The notes below the pieces were generated by a model. The model made no database searches, had not been told where the DNA came from, and was given only the letters and a program-made list of their open reading frames with translations. DNA of 64,000 nt, taken from Octopus sinensis. Taxonomy: Eukaryota. Where the stretch lies: the NCBI RefSeq assembly GCF_006345805.1, contig NW_021824835.1:1-64000 (forward strand), in the 5' to 3' direction. The translations under genes and the position numbers were made by a program. Every line of letters starts with the position of its first letter. The first letter of the stretch is position 1. Positions 46,496 through 58,835 of this stretch are shown here, piece after piece.

Positions 46496-46497
<2 letters not shown>
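46071..46497 (+). mobile_element. SINE family B, full length, with duplicated 5' head
   Basis: ATAGGCACAGGCGTAGCTGTGTGA followed by ATAGGCGCAGGCGTTGCTCTGTTG, then the normal body and tail. Confidence 0.88.
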
Positions 46498-46540
<43 letters not shown>

Positions 46541-46549
46541 GATATATAC

Positions 46550-46690
46550 AGGGCTTATTGGAATAGAATTCAGTCTGTGCACTGCCCGGGCTCAGAAAAG
46601 GCAATGTGGGGTTCGACTAAAATTCTGGAAGATCCAACAGCAGTAGTCCAAATGCTGTCTCGTCCAGCCCTTCAAGATCTCACTCATAGG
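46550..46690 (+). pseudogene. Possible decayed 3' end of an R4/Dong-like element
   Basis: With one frameshift: IGIEFSLCTARAQK-AMWGSTKIL, resembling the QK..LLGTA.ILRK C-terminus of RLE-type elements. Confidence 0.3.
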
Positions 46691-46805
46691 CATTGTGTGT
46701 GCATGGTGTGTGTGTATGTGTGTGTGTGTGTATTAGAGAGGGAGAGAGCATATTTTTGTCTTATAACTCGGGCTTCATGTCACTGCGATCTTCGGTCTAT
46801 ATATG

Positions 46806-46848
<43 letters not shown>

Positions 46849-47552
46849 ATCGACGTTCTAGCTGTTTGTATGTAATTGTATGTACGTATATACATTTGTC
46901 TTAGCATGCAAGTATGTATGAGTGCATGTGTTTGCGCGTGTTCGTGTCTCGGCACACGTGCGTCTGCGCGTGCGCATGAAACACAAAAAAATAATAATAA
47001 CAAATTAAAATAAAAGAGGATTTTTGCTAATGAATTAGTGAATTGTTATTTAGTTTGAAATCTTTTTAGGACACGTAATCCCCAGTAAAAAACAAAAACA
47101 AAAACAAAGAAAATAAACACACCGGGACTTCAATAAGAATAGTTACACCAGCAATTACAAGAAACAATTATAAACCAGAACAATTATTTATTTTTATAAA
47201 GAATAATCTATATTGGTTTCGTGGTCCATAAAAAGCAGAAAGACACATTTTTCCACCTCACATATAACATTAATGTCAAATAAAGAATAAAGCATAAGGT
47301 TTTAATCAAAATTACAATATACCATTGTTTTTTCGTGGGAAATGCTCTAACTCCCTAAGACTGGTAGTAATCGTCTGTATCTCCAAGTGAGCGCGTGTTT
47401 TGTTGTTGTTGTTGAGACGACATTTTTGTTTAAGGTGAGTTCACAGAAGACTATTGTCGTGTGTAAAAATATTCGTGTAGGCGTTACGTATCCTGTAATT
47501 TTATCAGCCTGTCTCTCTATCTGACTATTTGTCTTTCTATCAATCTGTATGC

Positions 47553-47553
<1 letters not shown>

Positions 47554-47637
<84 letters not shown>
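47554..47637. repeat. (TATC)n array, upstream flank of the Tx1 copy
   Basis: Directly visible. Confidence 0.95.
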
Positions 47638-50163
47638 AGTTTTTCTGACAAACCGAAGGAGGAGAAAGCAAAATCTTTCGAGCAGTAACTAACCTTCTGT
47701 TCCTTTCATTTGTGTTTTAACTCACTAGGATTATGATCAAGATTGGTTGTGTGAATGCGCGTGGCTTGGGGTCCACTTGGAAACCTCTTAAATTACATAA
47801 AGCCACACAAGTTAGAAATCATAGCCATAAGGGAGACTAAACTCCATAATCCACGGGCCCTACAGCCCATGTTTGGCAGACAGTTTAACATTTATTTTTC
47901 TCCCTGTCTGCTGAGATGGGCGGTAGTGGCACTGCGGTACTTTTTCGCAAGAGTCTGGATCTCGAAGTAAAGACAATATTCGTAGATCCGGAGGGTAGAC
48001 TGGTTGTCCTGGATGTCGACGGCAGCAATGTGTGCGCTTTTCGACTCGTATCAATCTACACATCGCTTTAACAGGTCGGTCGGATTTCTTTCGACGTCTA
48101 GAAGTATTCCTAGGAATGTCTCGTCCCTTACGTTTAGTGGGGGATTGGAATGCTACCTTGGACACACATGTTGACTACGTGGACAGAGATAGGAATTGAC
48201 GGGGATGCAAATGCCTCAGAGAGCTGCTCAGATGCTTTCAACTGTCTGACAGGTACCGACTCGATCACCCGAATGCACCAACGTGGACATGGAGCAACAG
48301 CATCGGGTCGTCGAGATCGTATCTAGATAGGATACTGTGTAGGACGGTAGATAGAGATAGCGTAGGGTGTCCACAATTCCATATAGTCAGCTACACGGAT
48401 CACAAACTTGTGACGTGTACGCTAGTCTTAGATAAGACACATAGGCAGGGTCCCAGGTACTGGAAACTGAAAGCGTCTTTCTTATCGAAACAGGTTTTCA
48501 GAGACCGGATTAGTACGCTAGTAAAGAGGGCTTTGACGGGAGCCATCATCAAAAACAAATGGTGGTTTGCCCTCAAGAGAGCAATAAAAACAGAAGCGAT
48601 TAGGTATAGCAAAGCACTAGCCATAGACAGAAACAGAGTAGAGGGTGACCTAGTTAAGAAGCTAGAAGAGGCGATTAGAAGTGGCATCGTATTCGACGTT
48701 TTGGCGGCGAGGTTGGTCCTCGAGCAACATTTCAACGCCAAACATGAAGAGTGTCTTGTCAGAGCTAGGATGCGTACTCTAAGGAATGAAAGTGTTGGAG
48801 CGGCGCGAGAGGCCGGGTGGCGGAGGCGCAACAGGGCAAGAAGGCCACCATTCGGTCTCTTGTAGATGAACAGGGGTACGAATTACTCGAACCAAGTAAA
48901 ATGTGCGAAGCCTTTCAACAGCATTTTGCCCGACTGTTCGAGACGAGTGGCGGGCGAGAACGCAGGGTTCTCGCTTGTCATCGAGAAAGGAAGCGTTCCG
49001 ATGGTCAGGCGATCTGTTTGCTGCTACCATCCGCTAAAAGGATGCCGTGGTGGATGATGTGCAGACATGCGCTGAGACTGCGATATTTCCGGCTCTACGT
49101 AGACGACGGTGGACAGGTGTGCTCACCGTTTGTGCGACGCGCTTTCCCACAACTCATCTCCATGACCGAAGTGCAGTCGTGGAGCAAGAAGAGACCGAGG
49201 AAGGGGGGATGGCACCGTGAGAGTCGCATTGCTCTCGAGCAACTATGCCATCTCGGGTCGACCTTGAGCGACTGCATCACAACCAAGGCATTCTCTAGGG
49301 GATTAGTGGAGGGGAGGTACGATGACGATCTAGGGGCGAACCTGGGTGTCGACGAGGAATACCTGACCCGCCTGTTCAAGACGACTTTCGGGCCGGGACC
49401 TATGGACACATTCCAGAGATCCCTGGTGTGGCAGTGCTATCGAGATAAGTTCTACATGCATGGCTCGAGAAATGCCGGGCCGACCTGCCTGAGATGCAGT
49501 GTCCAAACATTTCCGACCTGTGGGCTTAAGTCGAACGACTGCTGTCACGTGTGGGACGAGTCGGTTTATCAGCCGAGTCAATCGTTAATATTGTCGCGCC
49601 TCCTCCCTTCAAACGAGAAGGAAGAGCCATTTTCATCGTACTTCAGGCTATGGCGAAAGAATGTGTATGGTTCACGCGTCTGAAAGGACTAGAGGCAAAC
49701 ACCTTCCTCCTTGGTCAATCACTCATCAACTTCTTCAAGTATCACTTGAAAAAAAAAAGGTGAGAATAGAGAGGGAAATTTTGTCTAGCGAATGCTTCAA
49801 CAAAAGATGGGTGAATGTAGCAAGGATGGCTCGTGTGAATGATGGAGCCGCCTTGAGCATAATTCTATTCAACCAGAAAAACAAAGGAAAAAAGAGAGTT
49901 ACTAACTGTAAATGTGTTATTGTATGACATTATTGCCCGAGGTTACCGTGGTCTTTTCGTTTTTTTTCTTTCCACGGATAAACCTTCCCACTTTTGGGAA
50001 CTACGTTTCTTTTCCTTTTGTATTATTTCGACTTTTGTATATTCCAAACGATTTTGATCCCTTTTGATTGTTGTCCCTATTTTTTTTTCGTCCCCCTCGA
50101 AAAGAAAAACTCTACATTGTATTTGTCTTCTCTGTTCAGCCGTGTGTGACCAATAAAGAAAGT
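47638..50163 (+). mobile_element. Tx1/L1-clade element: probable ORF1 tail, decayed APE, RT core deleted, zf C-terminus, 3' UTR
   Basis: ATG at 47733 MIKIGCVNARGLG; IFVDPEGRLVVLDV; LVGDWNA; PTWTWSN; RSYLDRIL; YTDHKLV; GPRYWKLKAS; ATIRSLVDEQG..FQQHFARLF; then jumps at about 48960 to post-RT VPMVRRSVCCYHPLKG/MPW..HALRLR. Ends AATAAAGAAAGT into (TATC)n. Confidence 0.88.
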
Positions 50164-50599
50164 TATCTATCTATTTATCTATATATTTATCTATCGTTGT
50201 TTTCCTATTTCTCTCATGCTTTCTGTATGTGTGTAAATATATATCTTTCTTCTTAACATGTGTATGTATGCGCGCGCGCGCGCGTGTGTGTTTGTGTATG
50301 CGTTTGTGTGTGTATGTGTGTGTCTGTGTGTGTGTGTGTTTATGTGTTTATGCGTTTGTGTGTGTATGTGTGTAGTCAGAGGAGGTGCGAAAGTCATGAG
50401 GACCTCTGCCGTTGGTGGGAGGCGAGGAGAAAGTTTTCCTGAAACCGAAAATGAAACCCGATTGCTTACAACCGGGTTACATCCGATTTAAAACCCACAA
50501 ATGGCTGCTGGTGCTTTTAGACATGGCGTCCCTATAAATCCTCTTACAGTAAGTGCTTTCCTCCTGTCCTTCCGCCAATCGTCCAGGTTATTGGCCTCT

Positions 50600-50740
50600 A
50601 CAAAATTGGTTGTCTCAAGAGTTGGCCGACCGTAGGCTATGATAAAAGACACACTGGCACAACATACTACCTAATGGGGTCGAACACGAGACCTAATGGT
50701 TACAAAACGGTCTTCTTAACCACACATCTATACCCGTGTC
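50600..50740 (-). mobile_element. Highly diverged SINE family B 5' half
   Basis: TTGGCCGACCGTAGGCTATGATAAAAGACAC..CTTCTTAACCACACATC. Confidence 0.45.
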
Positions 50741-52274
50741 AATATTTGTATGTGTCTATGGGTGTTGTTTTGCATGTGTGAGTGTATGCATCCATAATTT
50801 CGTACCTTGTGTACGGGCGTATGCGTGCATAGACGGTTGTGCGTGCAGACGCAAGTCTGATATTTGACTGCATAATTTTGTTTTCTTTTTCTTCACCCGA
50901 AGAAAAAAAATGGCAAGAAGCTGTTTAATCCAGGTGGCGATATTTTTGTCTTTTTATTATACCTTGTCAGTCCTACCGCCTGAAAATTCTATTCTAAAAA
51001 CCTTTTTGCTTAATTCCAGGTGGCAACAGTTAAACATACCGATAGCAGGATATACATAGAATCAGTACAACAATAGCTGAGTGTGTATCAAAGATAACAA
51101 GCATAAACCTGTTTTGCAATATTGCCAAAGGTACGTAAACTGTCATTTATTCTCTTTTAAAACGAGAGCAACCAACAGACGAAAATCGCATATAAAATAT
51201 GAATTAGCTGAATGCATGTAGACTAATCGCTAACGATTATGCACCGTCGTCTTCATTATAAGGAATATTATAAAGTTAAAGTGTATTAATATACGCATAT
51301 GAAACAGCCTTAAATTAATATGCAAGTGTGTATAATACATATATTCTGTATACAGTCGACTCAAGCTGTACATATTTTGTGTTAGAGAAAGTTCTCAGAG
51401 AGAAACGTGGGTAAAAAAAGAACAAGACAAACGACTTTGTTCAGAATGTCCGTGGATATTGCGACACATTTGTTTCGACTTGATTTGGCCTTTTCAGTGG
51501 CGAATATGCCGGACGTACTGAGCTAGGTTAATGATGTTTGTTCCGATAGAGAAATCTGTAAACAAAATACTTACTGATTTATGCAAAAGCAAACCAGGAT
51601 AGAATTGAATTGAAACAGCTTTAGATAATGTTTCGGTATGTAGACGACGTGGAATGAAATTAGCTACAATATTTTGCCGTAAAGAAATTTCTCAAAACTT
51701 CAATGTCCGGAGTATTCGTCAATGAGGAGGTCGAATCAGGTCGAAATGCCGTGCCTAACGATCCACCAGTATTTTGAGCGAAGTCCCGTATTTTGAATTT
51801 TTTTTCAGCTATTTCAGCAATTGCCGATTCATGCTTGTATCCCCAATTATAATTGCTATATACACGGGGAAATGTAAAGTTGTGAATAAAAACAAAGAAA
51901 AATAGCCAATATATAAAACAAAAATATAAGCACGCACAATCATATTTAAGATTTTCGAGTACACTTGGACGTGCAAAAGTCTCCCGCTGCGGAAATAGTC
52001 TCCGAAGGAAATTTCCTTAAGACAATGTGTGTTAAAACATGATGAAACTGGATCGTAGGATGCATGCGTTTCCCACTCGTTACGTTTCATCAACTACGAA
52101 TGCTGAATTCGGTTTTCATTGACCTGTAAAACGCGTTGTTCTTTTACACACACACACACATACACACACAGCAAATAGTAGGTTTGTTCATATTCGAAAA
52201 GCTTCGTGTACAAAACAGCGTTGAATGAGTTATATATATATATATATATTATATATATATATATATATATATGT

Positions 52275-52423
52275 AATCATAATAAGCAACAAGGATATCC
52301 AGAGGTAATGCAGTACGATCGTTTCATGCAACTCCATTTAACTGAACAATGCAATCATTGCATCAATTGCAGGAAACGATCGTACTGCATTACCTCTGGA
52401 TATCCTTGTAGCTTATTTTGATT
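52275..52423. repeat. Foldback with arms of about 57 bp, each carrying GAAAC-GATC-GTA
   Basis: 52275-52331 is the reverse complement of 52367-52423 with few mismatches. Confidence 0.88.
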
Positions 52424-52504
52424 TTAATCACTTTACTTTGAAATTGTATGGATAATACTGTAGTAAATTCTGGTGCCTCAACTTAAGCACCATATTCATC
52501 TGAA

Positions 52505-52558
<54 letters not shown>

Positions 52559-52740
52559 GACTTAGATCAGAAGGCAAGTCACTAAAATGTTCGCGAATAA
52601 CGACGAAAGAACTTTGATTGTTTAACCAGTTCATTAATTGCTTAATCAGTACACTGAACAGCTGACTGATTAGTTAGTTGGTCACATATTTAACCGCTTG
52701 ACAAACCACAAAGAAGTGATATAGAACCAGTGTACATGTT

Positions 52741-52971
52741 AAGGCGGCGAGCTGGCAGTATCGTTAGCACGATGGACAATACGCTTAACAGCATTTCGTC
52801 AGTCGCCACATTCTGAGTTCAAATTACGCCGGGGTCGACTTTGCCTTTCATCCTTTCAGGGTCGATAAAAGTATCAGTGAAACACTGGGGTCGATATAAA
52901 CGACTAGTTGCCCCGCCACGCCCCGCCAACAAATTTCAGGCCTTGTGCTTTTAGTAGAAAGGATTATTATT
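52741..52971 (+). mobile_element. SINE family A, full length
   Basis: AAGGCGGCGAGCTGGCAG..GAGTTCAAATT..central domain..GGCCTTGTGCTTTTAGTAGAAAGGATTATT. Confidence 0.88.
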
Positions 52972-52977
52972 GGTTTT

Positions 52978-53159
52978 GACGAGCTGGCAGAATCGGTAGC
53001 ATCCCGGACAACATGCTTAGCAGCATTTCGTCCGTCCTTACGTTCTGAGTCCACCAAAGTCGACTTTGCTTTTCGTTCTTTCGAGTTACGCACCGAGGTC
53101 AATGTAATCGACTAACACCTTCCCCCCAAATTTCGGACCTTGTGCCTATAATAGAAACG

Positions 53160-53160
<1 letters not shown>
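52978..53160 (+). mobile_element. SINE family A, second head-to-tail copy with internal deletions
   Basis: GACGAGCTGGCAGAATC..GACCTTGTGCCTATAATAGAAACGA. Confidence 0.8.
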
Positions 53161-53220
<60 letters not shown>

Positions 53221-53225
53221 TATTA

Positions 53226-53320
<95 letters not shown>

Positions 53321-53351
53321 TATTATTATTATTATATTATTATTATTATTA

Positions 53352-53399
<48 letters not shown>

Positions 53400-53410
53400 C
53401 ACTATTATCA
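53160..53410. repeat. (ATT)n tract, about 250 bp
   Basis: Directly visible. Confidence 0.95.
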
Positions 53411-53641
53411 TTTTATGTTTGACTTTTGCTTTACATTTGTACAAGTTGGCTCCAAGTCTCACCCAGAGACCTCAAGAGACAAGCTGGAAGTTCATGTTGG
53501 TGTTATGCCTAGTGTGCCATATATTTGGTTTTGTACATAGTGCTGTTCTAGAGAATGTTTAAGAAACCATAAGAAAATTATGTTTGTTTTAAAACTTGAG
53601 ATTACATAGAAAGTATTTTGCGTAGGATATGGGCAGTTCCC
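53411..53641 (-). mobile_element. 5'-truncated R4/Dong-like retroelement 3' end between (TAA)n tracts
   Basis: Minus strand 53640-53602 reads GTAHILRKILSM* (typical RLE-clade ORF terminus), then about 190 nt of UTR. (AAT)n lies on both sides. Confidence 0.6.
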
Positions 53642-53707
<66 letters not shown>

Positions 53708-53889
53708 CGTAATAACCCCATGGTTGATGCTGTAATTGACTGACATCTCTCCGCCTTAATAAAAGAGACTGACCTCGGCAAAATGAAAAAACAAACTAGG
53801 CATCGGTAGTATTTGAACCCAAAACCTAAATAAATAATGTAAAGTGTTTTGTCTAACGCACTGTTGGTTCTAGTAATCTACTAACCCCT

Positions 53890-54120
53890 GAGTGTGAGGT
53901 GAGTGGAATTTGAGTGAGAAATGATTGAGAGGAGAGTGGAAGATGTGGGAGAGTTAAGCGAGAGGTAAGTGAAAATTGAGGGAGAATTGAATGAGAAGAG
54001 ACTGAGTGTTGAGGGAGATTTGAGTGAAGGCTGAGGGAGAGCTGAGAGAAGATTGACTAAGAGTTGAATTACTGATGAATAAGAAATGAGTGAGAGGTGA
54101 GTAAGTGCTAAACGAGAGCA
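53890..54120 (+). repeat. Degenerate purine-rich tandem repeat, about 11-bp period (TGAGGGAGART-like)
   Basis: TGAGGGAGAAT TGAATGAGAAG .. TGAGGGAGATT TGAGTGAAGGC TGAGGGAGAGC TGAGAGAAGAT. Confidence 0.6.
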
Positions 54121-54368
54121 GATAATTAGAAAATAGTATGGATTCCTTTCCTCCGACAGCAAATGAGTTATAAACGTCTGTTGGACAACATGGTGATTAA
54201 CTGGACAATCAGAAAGTGGTGGGAGTGGTGGTGGTGGTGTTGGTGGTGGTGGTACGTGTGATGTTAGGAGTCGTGACCGAATCTATGGGGGCGGTGACGG
54301 GGATTGTGGAGGAGGGGTAGGGAAGTGGGTAGAAAAACATTAAAGATAAGCTATTCATAGTAAGAAGA

Positions 54369-54409
<41 letters not shown>

Positions 54410-54682
54410 AGTTGCTGCTACTGCTACTGTTGTTGTTGTTGCTGCAGCTCCTAGACGATGGCCGCAACATGCAACAACTATGTACGACCATGCTGTTATA
54501 AATACCCACGTGAATTATTTCAGTACCAAAACTAGCACCGAATGTCTGTAGGGTTTCGTCATTTTCAGGTATATATTTGACTACATTATTCTACATGCAC
54601 ACACTCACACACACACACACACACACACTCACACACACATACACACACACACAAACACACACACACACACAAACACACTATA

Positions 54683-54900
54683 TTTTCTCTTTCACTTAAT
54701 CCAGTCATTAGAATGCGGCCATGTTGTGACTCCGCTTTGAGAGGATTTTAGTCGAACGATACTAACCCCCCCCCACCTACACCCCAGTCCTTATCTTTCT
54801 TTTAAAGCTTGTTACTTAACTCTTGGTCTCTTTTATCAAACCACTAAGTTACGGGCATGTAAACAAACCAAAACCGGTGGTCAAGCGGTAGAGGGAGAGA
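54683..54900 (-). mobile_element. SINE family B, 3' half, diverged
   Basis: CAGTCATTAGAATGCGGCCATG..TTTAGTCGAAC..GGTCAAGCGG. Confidence 0.65.
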
Positions 54901-56271
54901 TAATTTGATAATTCTTTCAAGTGCTTAGAAGTAATAATTAATAGATAATCTTTCTCAATTTTTTTACTACTTTAATATATATTATATACATGTGTGTGTG
55001 TGTGTGTGTGTGTATGAAGTAATAAGCAAAATCCAGACAATCATCTCAAAAGCACTTCAAGCATGAGTTTGGCTAGCAAAGTGTTCAAATAGCAGTGTAA
55101 AAGTTAGACCTTTTGATTGACCAATGAACGATTGGTTATACTTCGATTGATTATTAAAGAAGCATTTTACCAATCTAAGGTATGTATATCAAATAAGTAT
55201 GGTTTAATGTTCGCTGACTGAATGAAATTAAATTTGGGGAAAAGAGATGTCAGGTTACGTACGGTTTGGAAAACGATTCCAGTTGTTTCGTATTACATAC
55301 ACATCTTTTGATATAATTTGATTCTCAGTCAACTTACAATGTCTGAAGAAGTAATGAACTCTAAATGTATTGCATACCATTGCACAATTTTTGCATGTAA
55401 TATGAAGCAAATGACGTTCGTTGATCGAAACGTACGTAACATTGATCTGAGTTCATTTTTCCGACCAAAATTATCAAATATATTAACTGTGTGTTTCTGC
55501 AAATCATTAGAAAGTAGGGTGACACATTAGATCAAGTTGTTCTAGATATTCCGCCTCTCGAAAGTAAGGAGATGGTCATGTGTGAAATCCTTTTAATCAA
55601 GGGTTGATAAGTCGATCAGAATTGATGTAAGACGTGAGTGGTAGACAACGCTTGCACTCCACAGTGACTTCACAATGAGTTTACTCTATTCCTTGTGGCT
55701 CTCATACCCCTCCTTATCTTCATCCTTCCTTCCCAAATTCCCACAGATAAGGTTCTCTGTTATTTCAATCTCTAAAAGGAGCGTAAAAGGTTTTGAATTA
55801 CAAAAATTCATTTGCTTAGAACAGGGGTGCCTTTTGCACTTTGTCCGAGAGTGAGGACGAGAAAGAAGTAAGTGCTGGGGCTATAACTGAAGGCAAGTGT
55901 AAATGGATTATTTTGTCGGGCAATGAAATGCGGAATCGCTTGAGCATCGAACAAAAGAAATTATACTACATACACCCGTGCACATACACAGATATAGATA
56001 CACGTATGTCATATACATACATACATGAGTGTGTATGTGTATTTGCGTGTGCGCATGTGTGTCTGTGTGTGCATATAAAGGATTAGAAAACATATGAAAA
56101 CTTCGTAAGTGTATGTATGAATGTATATATATATATATATGTATGTATGTATGTATGTATGCATGCATGCATGTATGTATGTATGTATGTATGTATGTAT
56201 GTATGTATGTATGTATGTATGTATGTATGTATCCAGTCATTCACACTCTCTCTTTCTCTCTCTATTCTCTC

Positions 56272-56302
<31 letters not shown>

Positions 56303-56311
56303 CTCGCTCTC

Positions 56312-56356
<45 letters not shown>

Positions 56357-56399
56357 TCGGGTTAAGGGTGTAAATTAAGTAATTATAGTTCAATCGTTG

Positions 56400-56565
56400 A
56401 CGTAGCGGAAGTGATTGCCATTTACCGCATCCGGAAAGAAAGAAAAAATCTAAAATTGTGAACTTCCCGCCAGAGGGCATTCCGATAGTTTGGCAGAATC
56501 TATCACAGGATTTTGTCACCGTTAAAATAACCATGAAAAAGCTTGTCTGTCGCCGCCATTTTAGT
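56400..56565. promoter_or_regulatory. Candidate promoter/insulator motif cluster
   Basis: ETS-like GCGGAAGTG (56405-56413), CTCF-like CCGCCAGAGGGCA (56467-56479) and YY1-like CGCCGCCATTTT (56551-56562) in non-repetitive, CpG-containing DNA. Confidence 0.35.
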
Positions 56566-56775
56566 TAGCTTTCTTCTCGCTCTCTCTATTCTCACTCCTT
56601 CTCTCTTCTTACTTCTTTCTATCCATCCCTCCTTCAACCCTCTCTCTCTCTCTCGCTCTCTTTCTCTCTTTCTATCACTATCTCGTCCTATCTCTCTCTC
56701 TCTCTCTCTCTCTCTCTGTCCAGCTTTGCTTTATGAGGCTTCGTATTGCAAGCGACTTCGACTTCCACAAGAGAA

Positions 56776-56806
<31 letters not shown>

Positions 56807-57489
56807 AGCGCACACACAAACACGGGAACTGTTAGACATCGGGGCGTGCATACATACATTATAAATGTATGGACAATCGCATCCTATGAATACATCTGCA
56901 TGTGTGTATGTAAATAAGTATACACGCGTTTGTGCGTATGTATATATATGTAAGTATATCTGTCTGTATTTATGCAAAGGTGTCTGTATGTGTGCGTGTA
57001 GGTGTGGGTGTGGGTGTGGGTGTATTAACGCGCATGCATTGACATACATGATGTTGTCTGTGAATATTGTTATTGAACAAGTCGGTTATTGGGCCGGCAT
57101 GTAATCACATTCTGCCTAATCCAGGGTCATTTTTGGCGTCCATTCGTTGTAGATACGAATGAATTTGTTAACCTCGCTAGTATTTCTCACTGTGAGCATA
57201 GTGATACAACACACGCACACATACATTTATACATACTTAAGTACGTATATATATATGCATATATGCTACGTATGCACATGCATATAAACGTACATACGCA
57301 CATGTATTCGTATATACATTCATTTTTCTTGGGGCAACACGTTCATAGAAACATGATCAGTTCACTTAGAATAAAGAACTCAAAAGTTAGAAGTCTGAGT
57401 ATCAATATGTTTAATCATTATTCATGAGTCCAACAAAATATATTTTGTTTCGCCCTATACAAACAGACACATAAACACATGCGCACACA

Positions 57490-57652
57490 CGACGAGCTCT
57501 CACATCGTTTCCGTGTATCAATCCTCTTACAAAGCATTGGTTGGCCCGGGGTTATCATAGAAGACACTTGATCAAAGGTGTTATACATTGGGACTGAACC
57601 CGAAACCTCGTAGTTACAAAACAAATTTCGTAACCACGCAGCCATGCCTGTG
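57490..57652 (-). mobile_element. SINE family B, 5' half
   Basis: GTTTCCGTG..TTGGTTGGCCCG..GAAGACACTTG..GGGACTGAACCCG..AACCACGCAGCCATGCCT. Confidence 0.7.
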
Positions 57653-57912
57653 AAGGCGCTTATTTTCCGTTTTGTATTCGTTGTCTTTTTTTTGTGTGGG
57701 TGTTTATGGTTTTTGTGGTTGAGTTTCGAAAATGTCAGAGAAGGGCGTTTGTTTAATGCTGCAGTGTGGAAATAGAATCTGAAGTTATTATAGTGACATG
57801 TAGTGTGACATGATCGCTACTATTGTTATTCTACAAACCAGTTCACTTTGATTCTTTTGGGGAGCAGTGAGTCTCGAAACACACATACAGCTATGAATAT
57901 TGGCATATAGAT

Positions 57913-58127
57913 ATTCGTTTCTACTATAGACACAAGGCCTGAAATTTTGGGGGAGGGGATAGTCGATTATATCGATACCAGAGCTCAACTGACATTAATT
58001 TTATCGACCCCGAAAGGATGAAAGGCAAAGTCGACCTCCGCGGAATTTGAACACAGAACGTAAGGACGAACGAAATGCCGCTAAGCATTTTGCATGGCGT
58101 GCTAACTATTCTGCCACTTCGCTGCCT
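57913..58127 (-). mobile_element. SINE family A, full length
   Basis: CTACTATAGACACAAGGCC..TATCGACCCCGAAAGGATGAAAGGCAAAGTCGACC..TCGCTGCCT. Confidence 0.88.
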
Positions 58128-58439
58128 GTATCATGTAAATACTGAGCTGAAAAAATACTTTTGCAGAGAAAAAAAAAAACGAAGGCTGCCCGTATTAGAA
58201 AGCTTGTGTCTACAGGAGATGCGGTTTTGTGGCCCACGGGCGCCTTCAATTTTTTTCCAGTCCAACTCAATATCTACATGCAATTATTTATAAATTTATT
58301 CCACGTTTTCTCGAAAATCTAAAAAGTCTTATTTAACTTCAGTTCGTTTTTCGTTAGTGTTGGATATAATTGTTTACTAAATTTCTATTTATGAATTTTT
58401 GCGAGACCCGTGTGAAGTTGTCTGACACTGAATAGTACA

Positions 58440-58835
58440 GTGGTTTTTGTGGTTTTGATCTTTTAATTTTGAGGCCATGTCTGGTTTTTACAAGGGTGTT
58501 TATTTCTGAAGTGTAATCCTTGCATTATTTTCATGTTGCCTTGAGGGGAATATTTTTGTTGATCCGTCTATAATTATTTTGTCCAAAGTGTGTTCAGCAG
58601 CTGTCATATTTGTGATGTTTGTATTGTCTTCCGGAAGCCTTGATTCTAATCCTAAGTGGAAATTCTTATACCGAGATTTTTTGAAGTTTCTAAAAGTGTT
58701 TTTCTTCATTGATGTATGAGTCTGGTGTAATAATAATCGGTAGGTGGTACCAATATAAAGTTCTGGAAGTATTGGCCAAATGATTTTGATTGCTAAGAAT
58801 GTATTGGTCAAAACGTGATGATCAGAGAAGATTGG
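58440..58835 (-). pseudogene. LINE ORF2 fragment (end of APE plus linker), I/Jockey-group-like
   Basis: In frame with ORF 58500..58811: FSDHHVL (SDH at 58818-58826), then TFRNFKKSRYKNFHLGLESRL..TLDKIIIDGSTKIFPSRQH, resembling post-APE NYKKANW..F...LE..I..A....IP linkers. Confidence 0.5.

Noticed and set aside
48817-49683. 288-aa ORF as a functional APE-linker/C-terminal fusion protein
   Set aside because: The homologous frame shifts at about 48960-49050 (the post-RT motif VPMVRRSVCCYHPLKG is in another frame), and the upstream APE is broken by stops and frameshifts.
50920-51030. Two TCCAGGTGGC motifs about 85 bp apart
   Set aside because: Too short to distinguish from chance without conservation data.
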